Positions 39,328 to 52,691 of a DNA stretch of 64,000 nt are shown one piece after another. This stretch comes from Phoronis australis (taxonomy: Eukaryota; Animalia; Phoronida): positions 92,330-156,329 of the forward strand of contig NMRA01000437.1 of the NCBI GenBank assembly GCA_002633005.1. The letters are read 5' to 3'. Under the pieces are notes generated by a model. The model was not told the origin of the DNA, ran no database searches, and worked only from the letters and a program-made list of their open reading frames with translations. Both the position numbers and the translations under genes were made by a program. Within the stretch, counting starts at the first letter, position 1, and every line of letters starts with the position of its first letter.

Positions 39328-39507
39328 AGTAGTTACCTATTGGTGACCTGTTTGTATTTGAGGAACTAGCTTTCGGGGCCGTCCTGGGCCCTTCGTCGGG
39401 GTACTTGTGGGAATCTTTGTGTCAAACACCACCTGGTGGGTATTACGTGAGAGGAGACCCGAAAGCTAGGTCCTCAAATACAAACAGGTCGGCAATAGGT
39501 TACTACT
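39328..39507. repeat. 50-bp inverted repeat with a Penelope-type hammerhead-like core
   Basis: Arms 39328-39377 / 39458-39507; - strand ccGACGAagggcccaggacggcccCGAAAgctagttc. Confidence 0.6.
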
Positions 39508-41361
39508 TTAATGTTTCCTATACTACAGTTGTAAGGTTGCCATTCCACTATAACAAGAATTGTTATCAGGGTTTGAATTGCTCGTTTTACCACCCATTAA
39601 AATTAGCTTTTTATTCTTGGGTTTTATAAAGTTTTGAAAGTTTGAAACAAAAATAATTTTTATGCTTATGAGAAATTTTAGTTCTAAGCTTGGTTATGAC
39701 AGTTTTGTGAGAGTTGGGGCTGATTTACAGCATTCTAGTCACACGAGTGTGGCGAAGGCACGTTTAGCTAGTCAGGTAGCCTAATTAACAATACGCACTC
39801 TAACCAAAAGGAATGAACGCGTACACCTGACTTGTGGATGTTCATGACATGTATCGTAACTTTAGAGGGCATTCGTTCCGCAATGAAATCTTTGCTAAAC
39901 TTATAAAAAGAGAAGATGTCATTTGAAAATGCCTGGTGGTGCCTCAGTTGTTGACTTCGGAAAATTTCCAGCAAATTTTCCTCGGTTAAGCTTGATGTTA
40001 ACAGTGAAAGGCAAATGAAAAGAGACGGTAAAGCTGTGCATATGAATGTTGGATGCATGTTCGTAGTGACTTTACTAAAACTTGACAATTCTCCGTACTA
40101 GCAGCACACTTTTGAGAATAATTTCAGATCTTGTTTTAGATAGTGCAATTATGCAAAAACGTCTGGAACCATCTTGTGTCCCTTAACCACGGTGATGAGC
40201 TAAACCACTCCCAGTTGGTGGTCTCAATTTACATGAATTATGCAAGTCTGGTTTAATAACCTGTATACTAATTTGGTTAAATTCATTGGCTATAAAAACA
40301 TGCGTGTAATTATCAAAAAAATTTACATGTAGCACCTGTAAAGAAGTTATGATGAACAAAAACGGAATTTAAATACCAGAATTTTTAATAATGGTGGCCA
40401 TTTATTGCATAAATTATGCAAATTGATCATGGAACAACCTGCAAACATCGGCAAATACTAATATAATTAGCCTGTGTTGCCTGATACCAGCAGCAATAAG
40501 CACAAGTAGAATTTTTAATCATGGGTGCCTCAGTTTGCATCATCTATATGCCAATTTTTAATGCGTCCACCTCCAAAGTAGCTACATTAAATTCACTGAC
40601 CACAGAAAAATACCTATTGGGTAAAAACGTCAAAATAATTACCTGCAGTAAGGAAGTTACATTCCCGTGAAATTATTTTTGTCATAATGATGGTTTTAAT
40701 TTGCATTTTTAAGAAATGCTCAAGGTTGTCATGGTTACACAGCTACAATGCTTGAGGGGTGATACTTACATGAAATAACAAAAAAGCAACTAATTATACT
40801 ACCAAATATTTCTTGAAACTCATTTTTTTCTGGAGGAATTTTGTAAATCATTGAAATCACCATTCCATCAATTGAAATGCTGTGCAGTGGGATGTCCAAA
40901 TAATTCATCAAACAGTCCGTTACAAAATGTTGTTGAGTAATAAAAACACAAAATTAATTAACTGTTGTGTTTGTGACTCAACTGCTACTACTATTAATTA
41001 CCATTATCAAAGTTAGTGGTGTTTTTTTGAAACTTGAAAGTATGTGCTTAGTACAGGTGCAAGTGCATAAGCATGCAATCTTTTTGTTGTGATTTATTTT
41101 ATTGAGGTGCAGTTCAAATAACTTCAGGAAACTGTGTTTCATTTGCACTAGGAATGTCATGTGATCAGATAAGACTATTTCATCAGTGCAGACTTGAGTG
41201 GGTTGAAAGTGGTTTTATGATACGTCTTTTAGATTGAGACTTTAAACATCAGTTTTGCCCAGGTGTTGCTATTGGACGTCTGTGTTGATCTGTGTCTTTC
41301 TTCATTTGCAGTGCTATAACAAGGAAGTAAAATGCAGAGCAGACCTTAAAACCTCAACACA

Positions 41362-41416
41362 ATGTCTCTCACAGCCAGCCAGTGCCTATTCATATTGTGC
41401 TGGGTTATTGTGTCAG
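41362..41416 (+). CDS. Gene C first coding exon: signal peptide (MSLTASQCLFILCWVIVS)
   Basis: ATG, hydrophobic stretch, phase-1 gtaatg donor; upstream acceptor ttcatttgcag at 41311. Confidence 0.7.
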
Positions 41417-43183
41417 GTAATGTATTATTCACTGGAGCAAGATATTGATTGGCTTTTGTATATTTTTGAACTAGTTTACCATATACAATAGCTGTATTAT
41501 TCATGTCTGAAAAATGTCACGATTTTTTTGCCTACAGGGTACTCGTTTAGTGTTCCTTGGTTATAGAAAATGATAAATGCATATTGCTGAGAGGTCTGTT
41601 TTTATCTCTGGAGTTTTATCCTGTTGCATGGAGTGAGCCATGAACACTGAGGTGGTTCAAATGCTTCGAAATATTGCATAGGGGAAATCTGAATTGAGGT
41701 AGTTACATGATGAAACTAAATCCTCTACTTCTCTACTGTACTGTGGATTGATTTAAAAGAAATTAAATTGACCAATGTTTACATGTTGAGATCTAGATTT
41801 ATATGTATAGAGTTGATGTTATCATTTGGGAAGTATGGCATTGATTGCTGATTGGGAGCAGCCATTGTTCACCCCTAGGCAAATTTGAAAGACTGAGGCA
41901 ATGATTTCAGCAAATGTATGACACTGTAACGGTGAAAATGGTACAAAACCACAAGGTATTTTTTGTTTTATAGCTGTGCTTCAACAATAGTCCTAAAAAT
42001 GCATTTTTAGGTCTTAAAACCGTGAATGCCCTTTAAAGGCATGTACAAAAATTCTGACTAATCCAAAACAGTGTGCACATTACAGCGCTGTAGAAGCTCA
42101 CCAATATAAGCCATGATGTGGAGAACAAGTGAAACTTTTTTCTTATGTTTTTTTTAAAAAATATGTAGCTGCAAAGTAATGCTTTGTCGTGTTCGCGTTC
42201 GTTGCCATAGATACCAGCAGGCATTACGTTTGAGAAACAGTTTGGACATTTGCAACAATGTTAGACAGCTTTGAACAGTGAAAAAAGGACAAATTTGGCA
42301 ATTATTTTTGTCTGAAATTGAGATTTTACTGTACGCATCCGTCTCTCAACATTTCGAGATTATAAGAAATAAATTACTGCACATTTACAAGTAATCAAAT
42401 CTCCATTTAAATTTTTAAGTGCATTATTTACATACCATGTACAATGTCTGTGTTTTATTGCTAAGCTGTACTAATATACAGTAAAAGTTCTCCAATTTGA
42501 CACAAGGTCTAGAATTTGAAACACGGTAACTCGGCTCCCACAAAACTGAATTTTCTTGATTCTGAGATTTCGGATTAGGACAATTTTTCTCAAATTTTTG
42601 ACAATGTTTTCAATCTACAGAGTGCGTAATTTTGTCGTTTTTCCGGTGATGCTCAAGAATTTTGGACTGCCAATACTGTATATACCGGTATCTTAAATTT
42701 GGGACGAGCTACAACTTTAAGCATGATACCGGTAATTAGTTTTTCACTTTCCCAAATTGGAGAATATTTACCCTAATGTAGTGGAGCTGCTCAGTGAAGA
42801 TGCTGTTTTGAAACTGTGCCGTCTTATCTTACCGAGGTCAAAAGCCCACAATAAATAACGAAGTACCTGTAATCATTGTTATTGACTTTGATTGCGGTAA
42901 AAATTCTTAAATTTGGGACAGTATTAATTGCCATGTATTTCTATTTTTCAGAGACTCGCCAAATTCTTGCAAAGTGCTCAAAAATCTACTAATGTTGTTT
43001 GGTAATAGCTACAGCACTCAAGCCATGCTCAAAGTAAAATGAAATTTCCTGAAAAGTTTTTTCTGCCGAGAAATTTTGACAAAATGAAAGTTCTCCTGCT
43101 CACCACATTGTGTCTCAAACTTGAGACTGTTTCCTTTATAAGTCATTGGTATCTGGGTACATTGGTAATAAATTCCATTACAG

Positions 43184-43222
43184 GTGTTCCTGCAGAAGCC
43201 TCCTCAAGATATTATCGACAAG
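43184..43222 (+). CDS. Gene C micro-exon (VPAEASSRYYRQ)
   Basis: ttacag/gtaata; 39 nt, phase 1-1; supplies an A-E-A cleavage site. Confidence 0.6.
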
Positions 43223-43936
43223 GTAATAATGAATGTTGTCAATTTGTGACTTGATTTTCACACAGCCACAGTGAAAAGTGAAAATTCCATTTTTCTGCCA
43301 AGTTATTGTGTGCATCTCTAAAACATGAAGAATTACCGCAAACTGTAGCGCAATTCTCATTTCTCAGATTGAACTCCTCTTTGGTAGAGGTAGAAAGACA
43401 CATGGTATGACTGACCTAGTTTGAGGTGGACATGGGTGGTACAATTCTGTTTCTGTTTCTGTGGTGACGTCAGAGGGTAGGCACCGGGATAGTCTCTGGC
43501 CCTCCTCCTTCCAATATCGCACGCAATGTAAATTTGGAGATGCAACCAAGTTCGTGCTGGTTACACACTCTTCGATCTTTTTCCCTGATACGAGTTTTTG
43601 CTGCATCTCCGTATTGCCATCCTCGCTCTATGAGGCGCTTTGTTGCCCATCTCTCCTGCTGTTGTACAATCTCGGCATCTGTAAGCGTTTCACGCAAGTT
43701 GGAGATTACAACTGCTGGTGTGGGGAGCAGGTCGGCAATCGGTTCTGCGATACCTGCAAGCTCATCCGCCTTGTCATTGAATGAGACGCCACAGTGTCCT
43801 GGTATATAAACGTAATTTTATCCCACTCCCGTTTCAAAGTGTTCGTGTCATGTCGGCACTGCAACTCATTATGCGACAGTGAAACTTGTGGCCCCGTGGT
43901 CATAGGATTTTGTCTTAACGTGAATAAAGTGTATTA

Positions 43937-43960
43937 CTATTACTACTACTACTACTACTA
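43937..43960. repeat. (TAC/TAT)n microsatellite
   Basis: Directly visible. Confidence 0.9.
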
Positions 43961-44728
43961 TTTTATTGGCATTAGAATGATGAAAAGTAAATCTTCTTTG
44001 ATGTTGCGTCCTACTGACGCACAGCACTGTGGGTAAATTTGCAGAATTGGAGAGGGCACTGTCAGTGGTATTTCGTGAAGTGGCTATTATAAAGTTGTAG
44101 CACTTTATGCCTGAGAACTCACTCATATAATATGCATCTAATTCCAATAGATTGTACTGAAATGGTATAATTGTAGAGGAATGTAGAGTTCACCTTTCAC
44201 CTATTATGTACCACAGAGTAGGTTGAAAATTCGGAAATTTATGTAATCAAAAGTCAAGGAAAACTATTGGCAAACGTAGGCAGTGACCCCTACCGATAAC
44301 TCCAATGTCATCAAAGTTAAGTGTTCCCACTATAGCAAAATGTCGATGCTTCGCCATTAAATCTGCCTCTTTACTTCGAAGTTGACTCGCCCCGTTAACT
44401 TCAGTTAAAGACTGAACCTTCAGAGTCAATGGGAAAGGCCTTTGAAAGGACGAAATATTCACTTCACACCATCAGTTGTACTACTGCCATATTTCACCAG
44501 TTGCTGTGCTGTTAATACTGTAGTTGCCATGTTACACCATATGCTGTGTGTTTAAAATGCTGTTATGGAATATCATTTTGATTAATATTTGGTTCAGCAC
44601 AGTTGGCCGCCAAAAATAAAGATTACTGAAGATGTTCTAGCAATTAAAGCTGTGTGTGCGTGTGCGTTTGTGAAATAATGGAAGACTTTTTGTATAACCA
44701 AGCTTTTGTTTCTGTTTCTGTTTCCTAG

Positions 44729-44848
44729 TAACCTGCAGTGACTCCAGCCAGTTCCAGTGCAGTAATGGTACCTGTTTAAGTGAAGATTTACAGTGTAACT
44801 TCAACAAGGACTGCAGCGATGGGGGTGACGAGAGTGGCTGTGATTCAT
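44729..44848 (+). CDS. Gene C exon: LDL-receptor class A module (TCSDSSQFQCSNGTCLSEDLQCNFNKDCSDGGDESGCDS)
   Basis: Six cysteines with FQC.NG.C and DC.DG.DE..C; cctag/gtaaga; 120 nt, phase 1-1. Confidence 0.93.
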
Positions 44849-45080
44849 GTAAGATGAGGAGTCCTTCTGTTCTATAGATACCTCAGTCACTCTACATAAA
44901 TGACGGCATTTTAGCCATCTATTCCTGTCATCAAGGAATGTTTTTTTACATGACTTGTGTTAAGACTGCTATTTATAGTTAAATCTCACCAATTCAGGAC
45001 AAAATGGCAGACTCGCGAAATTTTGTTTTCTCACATAGCGCAAAGGTAATGCTTTACCATTTTCAAGTTCTTTATTTAGC

Positions 45081-46168
45081 TACATCAAACTTCATTAAAG
45101 ACACGATTAAGCTTTTTGTTGGCGAGCTTGATACTGGTTCGCTCGTAATTTCGGAACAGTCTCCTTTCTTCTGGTGTGCAGAAATGAAGTAAAACACCGA
45201 CAGACATAACAAACAAACAAATAATAACAGTAGCTATATTTCGTGACTACATGTCATATCATCGGGCAATAAGTGGAATAAACGCATACTTAGCAAAAGA
45301 AGCAGTGAAATACACGTGACAGTACCGCACGCTGGCTCTGTTTCGATAGGCTTGTGGGCTTCCTACCGTGTGTTACATTCACACTCTCGGCTTGTATACC
45401 CCTCTTCCCGCTGTCGCATGTATTTCATGACAGCGTTTTCCCATTGAGTGACTTTACCAGACGAAGGGGGTTCTGAGTGTGTGATATCATCTAGCTTCTT
45501 TGTTAACTGCCAAGCGTAGTCTTTTGTCTGTTATGACAACACGCAGGCCAATTATCTACCAGGCTTATTACAGACCATATGTGAACACCATCAAACCCAG
45601 AGTGAATTGGTACATTCAGATAGAATAGATTATCTTAACTTAGGTTGCAGTTGGGCGATTTTGGCGATTCAAAAACTAAACATGTTCACCAGTAGACGAG
45701 GATGTCAGAAATGCTATTGGTTTATGTTCAAATTAACTTTTTATTTTTAACAGCACAGCCCAGTCAGGCTAGATACGATCTTATTGGAAATTAGAGCAAT
45801 TATCGAACAAAAGAGAGCTGGCCCTTCAACCATGAATGCCAGAATGGAGTTAATCAGTCGTGTAAGATATTGGCTACAAGGGTAAACTTCCCAAGTTGTT
45901 GTTGGGCTATAGAATCGAACAAGTTGGGAGCAACGGGAAAACGCCGTAATGTCACTGTTTCTATTGCTATGTATATGTTCATTCCACTTATTGCCTGATG
46001 ATATGACATGAAGTCACGAAATAGCTACTGTTCTAATTTGTTTGTTATGGCTCTTTGTGTTTTACCTCATATCTGCACACCTTAAGAAATGAGACTGTTC
46101 TGAAATTACGTACCAGTATCAAACTTGCAAACAAAAAGTCGAGTCGTGTCTTTTATGAAGTTTATGTA
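45081..46168 (+). mobile_element. Penelope-like insertion with ~230-bp inverted pLTR arms and a hammerhead-like core
   Basis: Arms ~45081-45316 / ~45944-46168; ttattgcCTGATGAtatgacatgaagtcacGAAAtag at 45988-46024; loop has a weak GIY-YIG-C-terminus-like frame LDTILLEIRAII...P.TMNARMEL. Confidence 0.6.
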
Positions 46169-47444
46169 AACGAAGGGCTGCTATCGATCTATCAGACAAT
46201 ATTTTGAAAAATTGCATGCATTCGTAACAACCTTAGACACCTTTGAAAACATGGCAATCATTTCTATCCAAAACTGGTGAGATGTTATCATAGAACCAGG
46301 AACATTGTCAAGGAGTTCTAGAACTGTCTGGCTTTGGCTGAATGGTGTTTTGAAAATGAAAGTCAAGAGATGGTGTCAAAAACATGAAATGAGGTTAAGC
46401 AGTCCCTGGGTGAGGTAAATGGCTTGTGTTCAATTTGTGAACAAATACCAGGATGGGTGACATCATTGCAATGTCTCAGAACTGAAAAAGTTATAGGTGT
46501 AATGACCTTTGAGCCGTCTCATGATGAGCCTAAGATGTTCAGATCTAACTGGTGGAAAGTCCATCTATCAGTAGGCGCTAAAACTATTTGCAAAAATGAC
46601 TCAGAATTTCCCTTCGTGACGACGAGGTGTAAGTCGAGCTCATCGTCAGAGTAGTCTCCCCTGATAACCGAGAATGAAAGGAAATTAACTGGAAAGTTAG
46701 TAACGTAGCTTAGTCATTCTGTAATTAGAAGTTTTTGCCATAAATGTAGTCATTGCCAGTCATTGTTGCCGCTAACTGAACCAGCAGTCGTGACAGAGTC
46801 GGACCTTTTCCTGACTACCAGTTGTGTTGTGATTTTTAATGAAACAAAATGGCTGAAGATAAAGGTGTTGAAGAGGAATAACAGGAGGCAGTGGTGGATT
46901 TAGAGGGGGGCCATGCCCCCCCCCCTAAAATGTCTGATGGGCAAAATCCTGGCTAATATTCTGCCCTGCCCCCTCCCCAACTCAAAATCCTGGATCCTGG
47001 GAGGATTGAACAGCTTACGTTTAGTCTGATTTGAAAATATCTTATAATTACAGTGAGATCTGCATGTGCCTGCTGTGTAAGATGTCTTCCAAGTCTAACT
47101 CTGACCAGTTCATTTTTTATGTTTTGTTGTCTGAATAGTCAGCTTTTGAAAAGTTTTGCAAACTTTATCGCAAAAGCTGTGTCCGTCAGTAAGAGATGAA
47201 ATAATGAGCGTCTAAATCCAGTGTGTAGCTGTTAACTTTGTGTATATAACGTAGTTGAAATGTGGTTGTTGGCCAGAGGCCTGGTGAATCACTACAAATT
47301 CTTCTTTTCAATAGTCAATTAGTGATGAAATGATTTGTTATAATGCTAAATGGATGCTATTGCATGATCACTGCAGCTGCACTGATTACAGGAATGGGTG
47401 CTAGGGTTTGTCTTTGATGTTATGTTTTTTTTCTGCCACTGCAG

Positions 47445-47585
47445 GGTCATTCCGCTGTGATTTTGAGAATGGTCTGGGCAAGTGGGTCATTGCAGATGAT
47501 GCAGATTTTGAGTGGAAAATTCACTCAGGCCGAACACCAACTCCGAACACAGGACCCTCGTCAGACCACTTGGGCAATGTTACTG
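47445..47585 (+). CDS. Gene C exon: MAM N-terminus ([46 protein letters not shown])
   Basis: MAM signature; ctgcag/gtaagc; 141 nt, phase 1-1. Confidence 0.93.
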
Positions 47586-48292
47586 GTAAGCCGTGCATGA
47601 GTTCGAATTTTGTAGTTTTAAATTTTGTGAGATGTTCACAAATGCATAACGAAGCCCAGCCCAGAAACCAGTTAGGGCATATATGAGACATTTGTTATAC
47701 AGTTATGATTATGGTTAGTAATCAAAGATAAAAAAGGAAAAAACTTTTTAAGTGTCCTCAATGACATGTGAATTGCAGTGGACACAGCATGGGCGGCACA
47801 CCATAGGGGCTGGAGGGGCTATAGCCCCTTCCAGTGCCCATGCACTTAAGGTACACTCATGTCATGAACAGATCCACTACAAGGAGAAACTATAGCAACA
47901 CTGTATTTATCCACCTTCACTCTTATCAGACCTCTATTGTGAGTCAGCATGCGTGAAAAATTGGCTGATAAGCCACCTCTGCATCTACTTTTGGCTGAAT
48001 AGATGACCAGGCCATAAAATGATAATTAGCCAAGACCAGTTGAATAGTGCTGCATGAAATAGTTAATACCTCCAGGGCAATTTTGAAAAAGTGGGCATCC
48101 TCTGCTAGTCTTGGCTTATAGCCTTTTAAGAAACCACCTGTGATTTTCTGGATTATGCAAACAATAAAATTGGAACGTTTTCATTTCCGCCATCCTTATA
48201 GGTTATGGAAGCAAGCAAAAATTGGCAACAATCCGTATGTGCAACAACAAAATACATCGCAGCAACACCAAGTCGTGGTGCCAAGCTGTGTA

Positions 48293-49971
48293 CCCTTATT
48301 CACCCTAATTAGCGCCCGGGTGCTTAGAAAAAAATCATTTTAGGGGGAGGGGGCTCTTGTTCTAGCCTAAGGTGGTTGAAGCCTGGTCTGCGAAACGAGA
48401 GATCGGAAGCTAAGATTCATCAAATTTACGCTCTGCGACGTATCTGTAACCTATGAAAGTCTTGCTACGAAATTGTGTTGCATTGCTATCAAAGTTCGTT
48501 GCTAAATTACGATCATTTTTCAAAAAAAGTGCTGAAATCCCGACTGATGCGTTACTGCCTCGTAATGGTCGATAGGGCAAATTGAATTCTTGAATAAAAA
48601 TACAGTTTTGACTCAAGAAATTACCTGAAATTCTGCTTAAGTTTTCCAATTAGCGTCCCTAAGATTTTTAGGCTCCTGTGAAGTTGGGATTAATCTGAGT
48701 TAGATCGTACCCCGCAACAAGAGAAAATCTCTGGACAAACCCACACATTGTTGTCAGGTGACGTTTGTTTTGAAGTTCATCTGGTCTGCATGTGTGTGAG
48801 CGAGCGAGTAAACGCAATGTAACGATCTAGGTGTGTATTTTTAACTAAAGAAATTGACTCGAGCATTAAAACAGAACATGTTTTATTTAGCACTTGCTGG
48901 TCTCATCTGCTAAAAACGTTCGAGAATTGTCTCGGTAAGGATGACTGGATACGTGACAGCCTAACATGTATTTTTCGGGAGATTCGGGGTGTAATAGTGT
49001 TCCAAAGTGTTCACTATCAGTGGGTCAGTTTGACTTTAAAAACACCAATCATGACTAACCAAGTAATTTCTCTTAAAAATAACGTAAAAGTTTTTACGGT
49101 ATTAGAAACTTTCGGAAAACAGTGCCAATATTTATTTCAGCCATTGCTGTGCTACTCATTTCATGAATAGGTTGTTCCCAACTAATGTCTTCGATGACAT
49201 GTAGCGTGCGCTGCCTGGCCACGTGGTTCTAACACTGGTCAACTTTTTCACGAAGAAATGACGAGTAGAACTACCCGGGCGGTGTGAAATTTTGGGGTCT
49301 AGCAGAGACACACAGTGGTACCTAGTTAGCTGTATGAAGACTATCGTGTTTCTGTCAATAATAACGGCATGTTCTAAAGTTTCTTAATGTTCACTGTACT
49401 TCAGGAAAATATCGACAAGATTTCCCGCGGATCCTGTGTTTTGTATTCATACGCACACTCGCAGTGAATCACATCTCGGAAATCTCAGATTTGACGGGAT
49501 GACAATGAATGAGAATACTGAAATTTAAGAACGTCGTTTTAGAGCTTCTAATAAAGGTATTTTGAATATTACAGTGCATATGTCTTCGAAATCTAAATAA
49601 CACACCGAGTAGATCTACACTTATATTGTCCTAACTTGGGTCCTATATTTTTGTATTCGTGCGCGCCAAATGAAAGGAATCGTGAGTGTTGCGTTTTTGC
49701 AAAATCTCTTATCCTGGGCCGTTTTGAAAAATTCAAAATTGTCCCAACATTTTTTTCGCTTCTCTTTTCAAATATTACACTCAAAACTAAGTAAAACGCT
49801 CTCCAGAAAAAGTACGGTCATCTAGGCTAGATTGTAATCAGTTGAACTTATCCGCATCAGCGAAGCCAGTTATCCTCGCTCGTGACTCGATGAATAGAGC
49901 AGCTAAGCGGGATCCCTTTGATCGTAAGCTGAGCGCGACACAGCCAAGGTGGATAAATACGGTCTAGTTCA
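48293..49971 (+). mobile_element. Composite repeat: pogo-like left part plus an unrelated right part ending ggataaatacggtctagttca
   Basis: Left part matches the 29755 family; the whole arrangement recurs inverted at 61022-62436. Confidence 0.75.
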
Positions 49972-50696
49972 GTCTGTCAAGCCCCACAGTTTTCCCTGAT
50001 CAGTGGGGTTTGGCGTAATCTCGTTTAGTGGGAATGTATATGGCATGCTTTACATGCCAGAAAGATTCCCACTAAACGAGATGACGTCAAACCCCACTGA
50101 TCAGGGAAATCCGTCTGGTAAACAGAAAACAAATTACTGTTGTTCAATGTTGCCACTTTGTAAACATACAGAACCTTGGTTGTCTTGGAAAGACATTTTT
50201 CCACGTCAATTATCCATGTAACGAAAGATAGCGATTAGATGTAAGTGACCCAGAATATTAGTCTGCATCTTGAGTCGTGTCCACATTACGAGTTGCCCTA
50301 GAACAATGTACTCTTGTACAATTTGTCTCTGTTCAGTTGAACATCCGCAGTTCACACCCTGAGCAACCAAACAGCTGGTTATTACCCCCACCTTGTGTGC
50401 AGGTGTGTGTCCGCACTATGACTTGCGTTGGGGCAAGTTACCCTACCTCAATAAGGCGTGATAAGTTGTCACACGTGTGTTAGCTTGTCCCAGTGCAAAT
50501 AGGGTTCACATTATGACTAAACCTGGTGACAAGCCATTCCGGGAATAAGCAACAAATTGCTGTAGAAGGGATGAACTTGGTGACCGCTATTAGCCATGGC
50601 GACACAACTCCTAGACCTCACTCTTCTTCAGGTGCTCTCTTCATTTTCATTTATTCATTAACTTTTTACAAGTAAGGGCTTTGCAACATTTTTCAG

Positions 50697-50794
50697 CCAA
50701 GTATTTGCTGTTTGAGTCCTCTTCATTGACCGATGGTTGGAGAGCTCGCTTTATTAGTCCGGAACTTACTACACAAGCTGGTAGTGCATGCAGG
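50697..50794 (+). CDS. Gene C exon: MAM (KYLLFESSSLTDGWRARFISPELTTQAGSACR)
   Basis: Y...E.S...G..AR..SP...C; tttcag/gtaggt; 98 nt, phase 1-0. Confidence 0.9.
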
Positions 50795-50859
50795 GTAGGT
50801 TCTAATTATTATAATCATTGTTATTATCGTTGTTTTTTTATAATAACAATAGCAATACT

Positions 50860-50903
50860 AGTAGTGACAATGGCAATGATGATAATGATAATGATTATGA
50901 TGA

Positions 50904-50941
<38 letters not shown>

Positions 50942-51100
50942 TTATTAATACTAACAATAATATTGATAATGATAATAACTAAGTAATGATCATTATTTTA
51001 TTTTTTAACTAAAATAATAATACTTATTTTTATTATTATTTTAATTATTACTATAATTGTATTGTTATTGGTATTGCTATTGCCATACCTATTGTTATTA
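50860..51100. repeat. Low-complexity (ATT/GAT/AAT)n tract
   Basis: Directly visible. Confidence 0.85.
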
Positions 51101-51660
51101 AATTTGTGTTCAGTTTGTCATACTTTACTGTAAAACAGTTATGTACTGTCTGACTTATTACTTTATGTCTTTAACTAGTTAGTGAATGTTTTAATTTTTT
51201 CTTTGCTGCAGTTGACTTAAAAACTATTCATTTGCTTGAAGAAATATTTACGGCATTTGTCAAAATTAACACTTAATGTTTGGCTTACTGGCTACCTCCC
51301 TAATCAGTTTCAGTCACGCAACTTCAATTATGGCCTCACCACTAATAGTTGAGATTTGATCCTTAAAATTTCATTGATTTAAACTAATTGCCTAGTAATT
51401 TGTGCGTGGTTCGTTACTGTAGGCCTCAGCTAATCACTACTTTACTCTATTTTATGTTATTTATTCATCAAATTGTACATATTAACTAATTTATACTAAT
51501 TTTTTTATTTATTATCTTTTCAATCTAATTGTGTATAGCTGTCTGTATTTTACTTCATGTAATTATTTCCGACTGGATCCACTTCAAAATCAGTGTATGC
51601 ACCGAAGTGGTCACCCATTCTTTTAAAGAAGTTTAAATAAATAAATAAATAAATGCAGTT

Positions 51661-51813
51661 TGGACATTGTGACTTCTTTTCCGATAGTTTACAATTTGAG
51701 CTGCAACATTATGGACATTGTGACTTCTTTTCCGATAGTCTACAATTTGAGCTGCAACATTATGGACATTGTGACTTCTTTTCCGATAGTCTACAATTTG
51801 AGCTGCAACATTA
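51661..51813. repeat. 51-bp tandem repeat x3 just upstream of a splice acceptor
   Basis: Unit tggacattgtgacttcttttccgatagtYtacaatttgagctgcaacatta. Confidence 0.95.
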
Positions 51814-51824
51814 TTTTACTTTAG

Positions 51825-51989
51825 ATTCGTTTCTATCACCACATGTTTGGACAAAATCATCTTCTAAACGTTAGTGTGGCTGACGTTTTGAGTACGAGAA
51901 AGGAAGTCATTTGGTCCCTGTCTGGGAATCAGAACAACACGTGGCACTTTGAAGCATTGGATGTTGGAAGATATTTTACATTCTTTCAG
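51825..51989 (+). CDS. Gene C exon: MAM (IRFYHHMFGQNHLLNVSVADVLSTRKEVIWSLSGNQNNTWHFEALDVGRYFTFFQ)
   Basis: F.YHM.G and WS.SGNQ...W motifs; ctttag/gtatga; 165 nt, phase 0-0. Confidence 0.92.
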
Positions 51990-52603
51990 GTATGACACTT
52001 TGAAACTACTGCACACAGTGGCTTCTCTCAAGATAAAGAAAAGTTTTGTTAACTAGAGTAACTAACATTTTTAAAACTTGTAAATCCATGTGTTTGTATA
52101 TTTTTTCACATTTGTTTACAAGATATCTTATAATTTTCCCGTGAAACATGCTTCAAACCCAAAATCCTGTTGTTTTTTATGTTTTGTAAACTAGGGAATT
52201 TAATTTTTTTGTTTCGAAATTATGTACAACATAACAATGTCTGGGAATTGTCTTACTCTGTTTTGGCTGTATTTATGCCACAATAAACATCTTGCAGCCA
52301 CTCTATTGATCATTTCCCAAGCCAAAAAAAGAACTACCAACGACACTTTCTGAAAGAATGTACAACCACTTGACCATGTCTATTGCAAAGTGATCGTCTA
52401 TCAACTCTTGCTAAATGAATTGATGGATTTTCTTATTTTTTGTTAAATGTAAAAAAAAAAGAAATGTTAAATAATGTGGAATTGTAGTACTACTGAAATC
52501 CGTTTGAAATCCATTCCTGTCCGTTTTACACAATCATGGAAAACTGGTGTATCTGGAAGCAAGCATTCTGGACTTGTTGTATGACACTTCGGTTTCATTT
52601 CAG

Positions 52604-52691
52604 ATTATCTTTGAAGGAGTAAGAACTGGTTATCGTTCAGATATTGGACTTGATGATCTATCACTCTCTCCAGGCTGCCTTACTGGCTCAG
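52604..52691 (+). CDS. Gene C exon: MAM C-terminus (IIFEGVRTGYRSDIGLDDLSLSPGCLTGS)
   Basis: IFEG.R...DIGLDD.S...C; tttcag/gtacct; 88 nt, phase 0-1. Confidence 0.92.

Noticed and set aside
43340-43903. Cluster of overlapping short ORFs as a transposase or nested gene
   Set aside because: No recognisable motif; probably a decayed repeat in an intron
46217-46654. ~145-codon frame with three internal stops as a pseudogene
   Set aside because: Protein-like but no identifiable homology; needs tblastx
51661-51813. 51-bp x3 repeat as a CRISPR-like array, coding repeat (track ORF 51653-51874) or in-frame alternative acceptors
   Set aside because: No unique spacers; the ORF is out of frame with the real exon; the cryptic AGs lie 35+51n nt upstream of the true acceptor and would shift the frame
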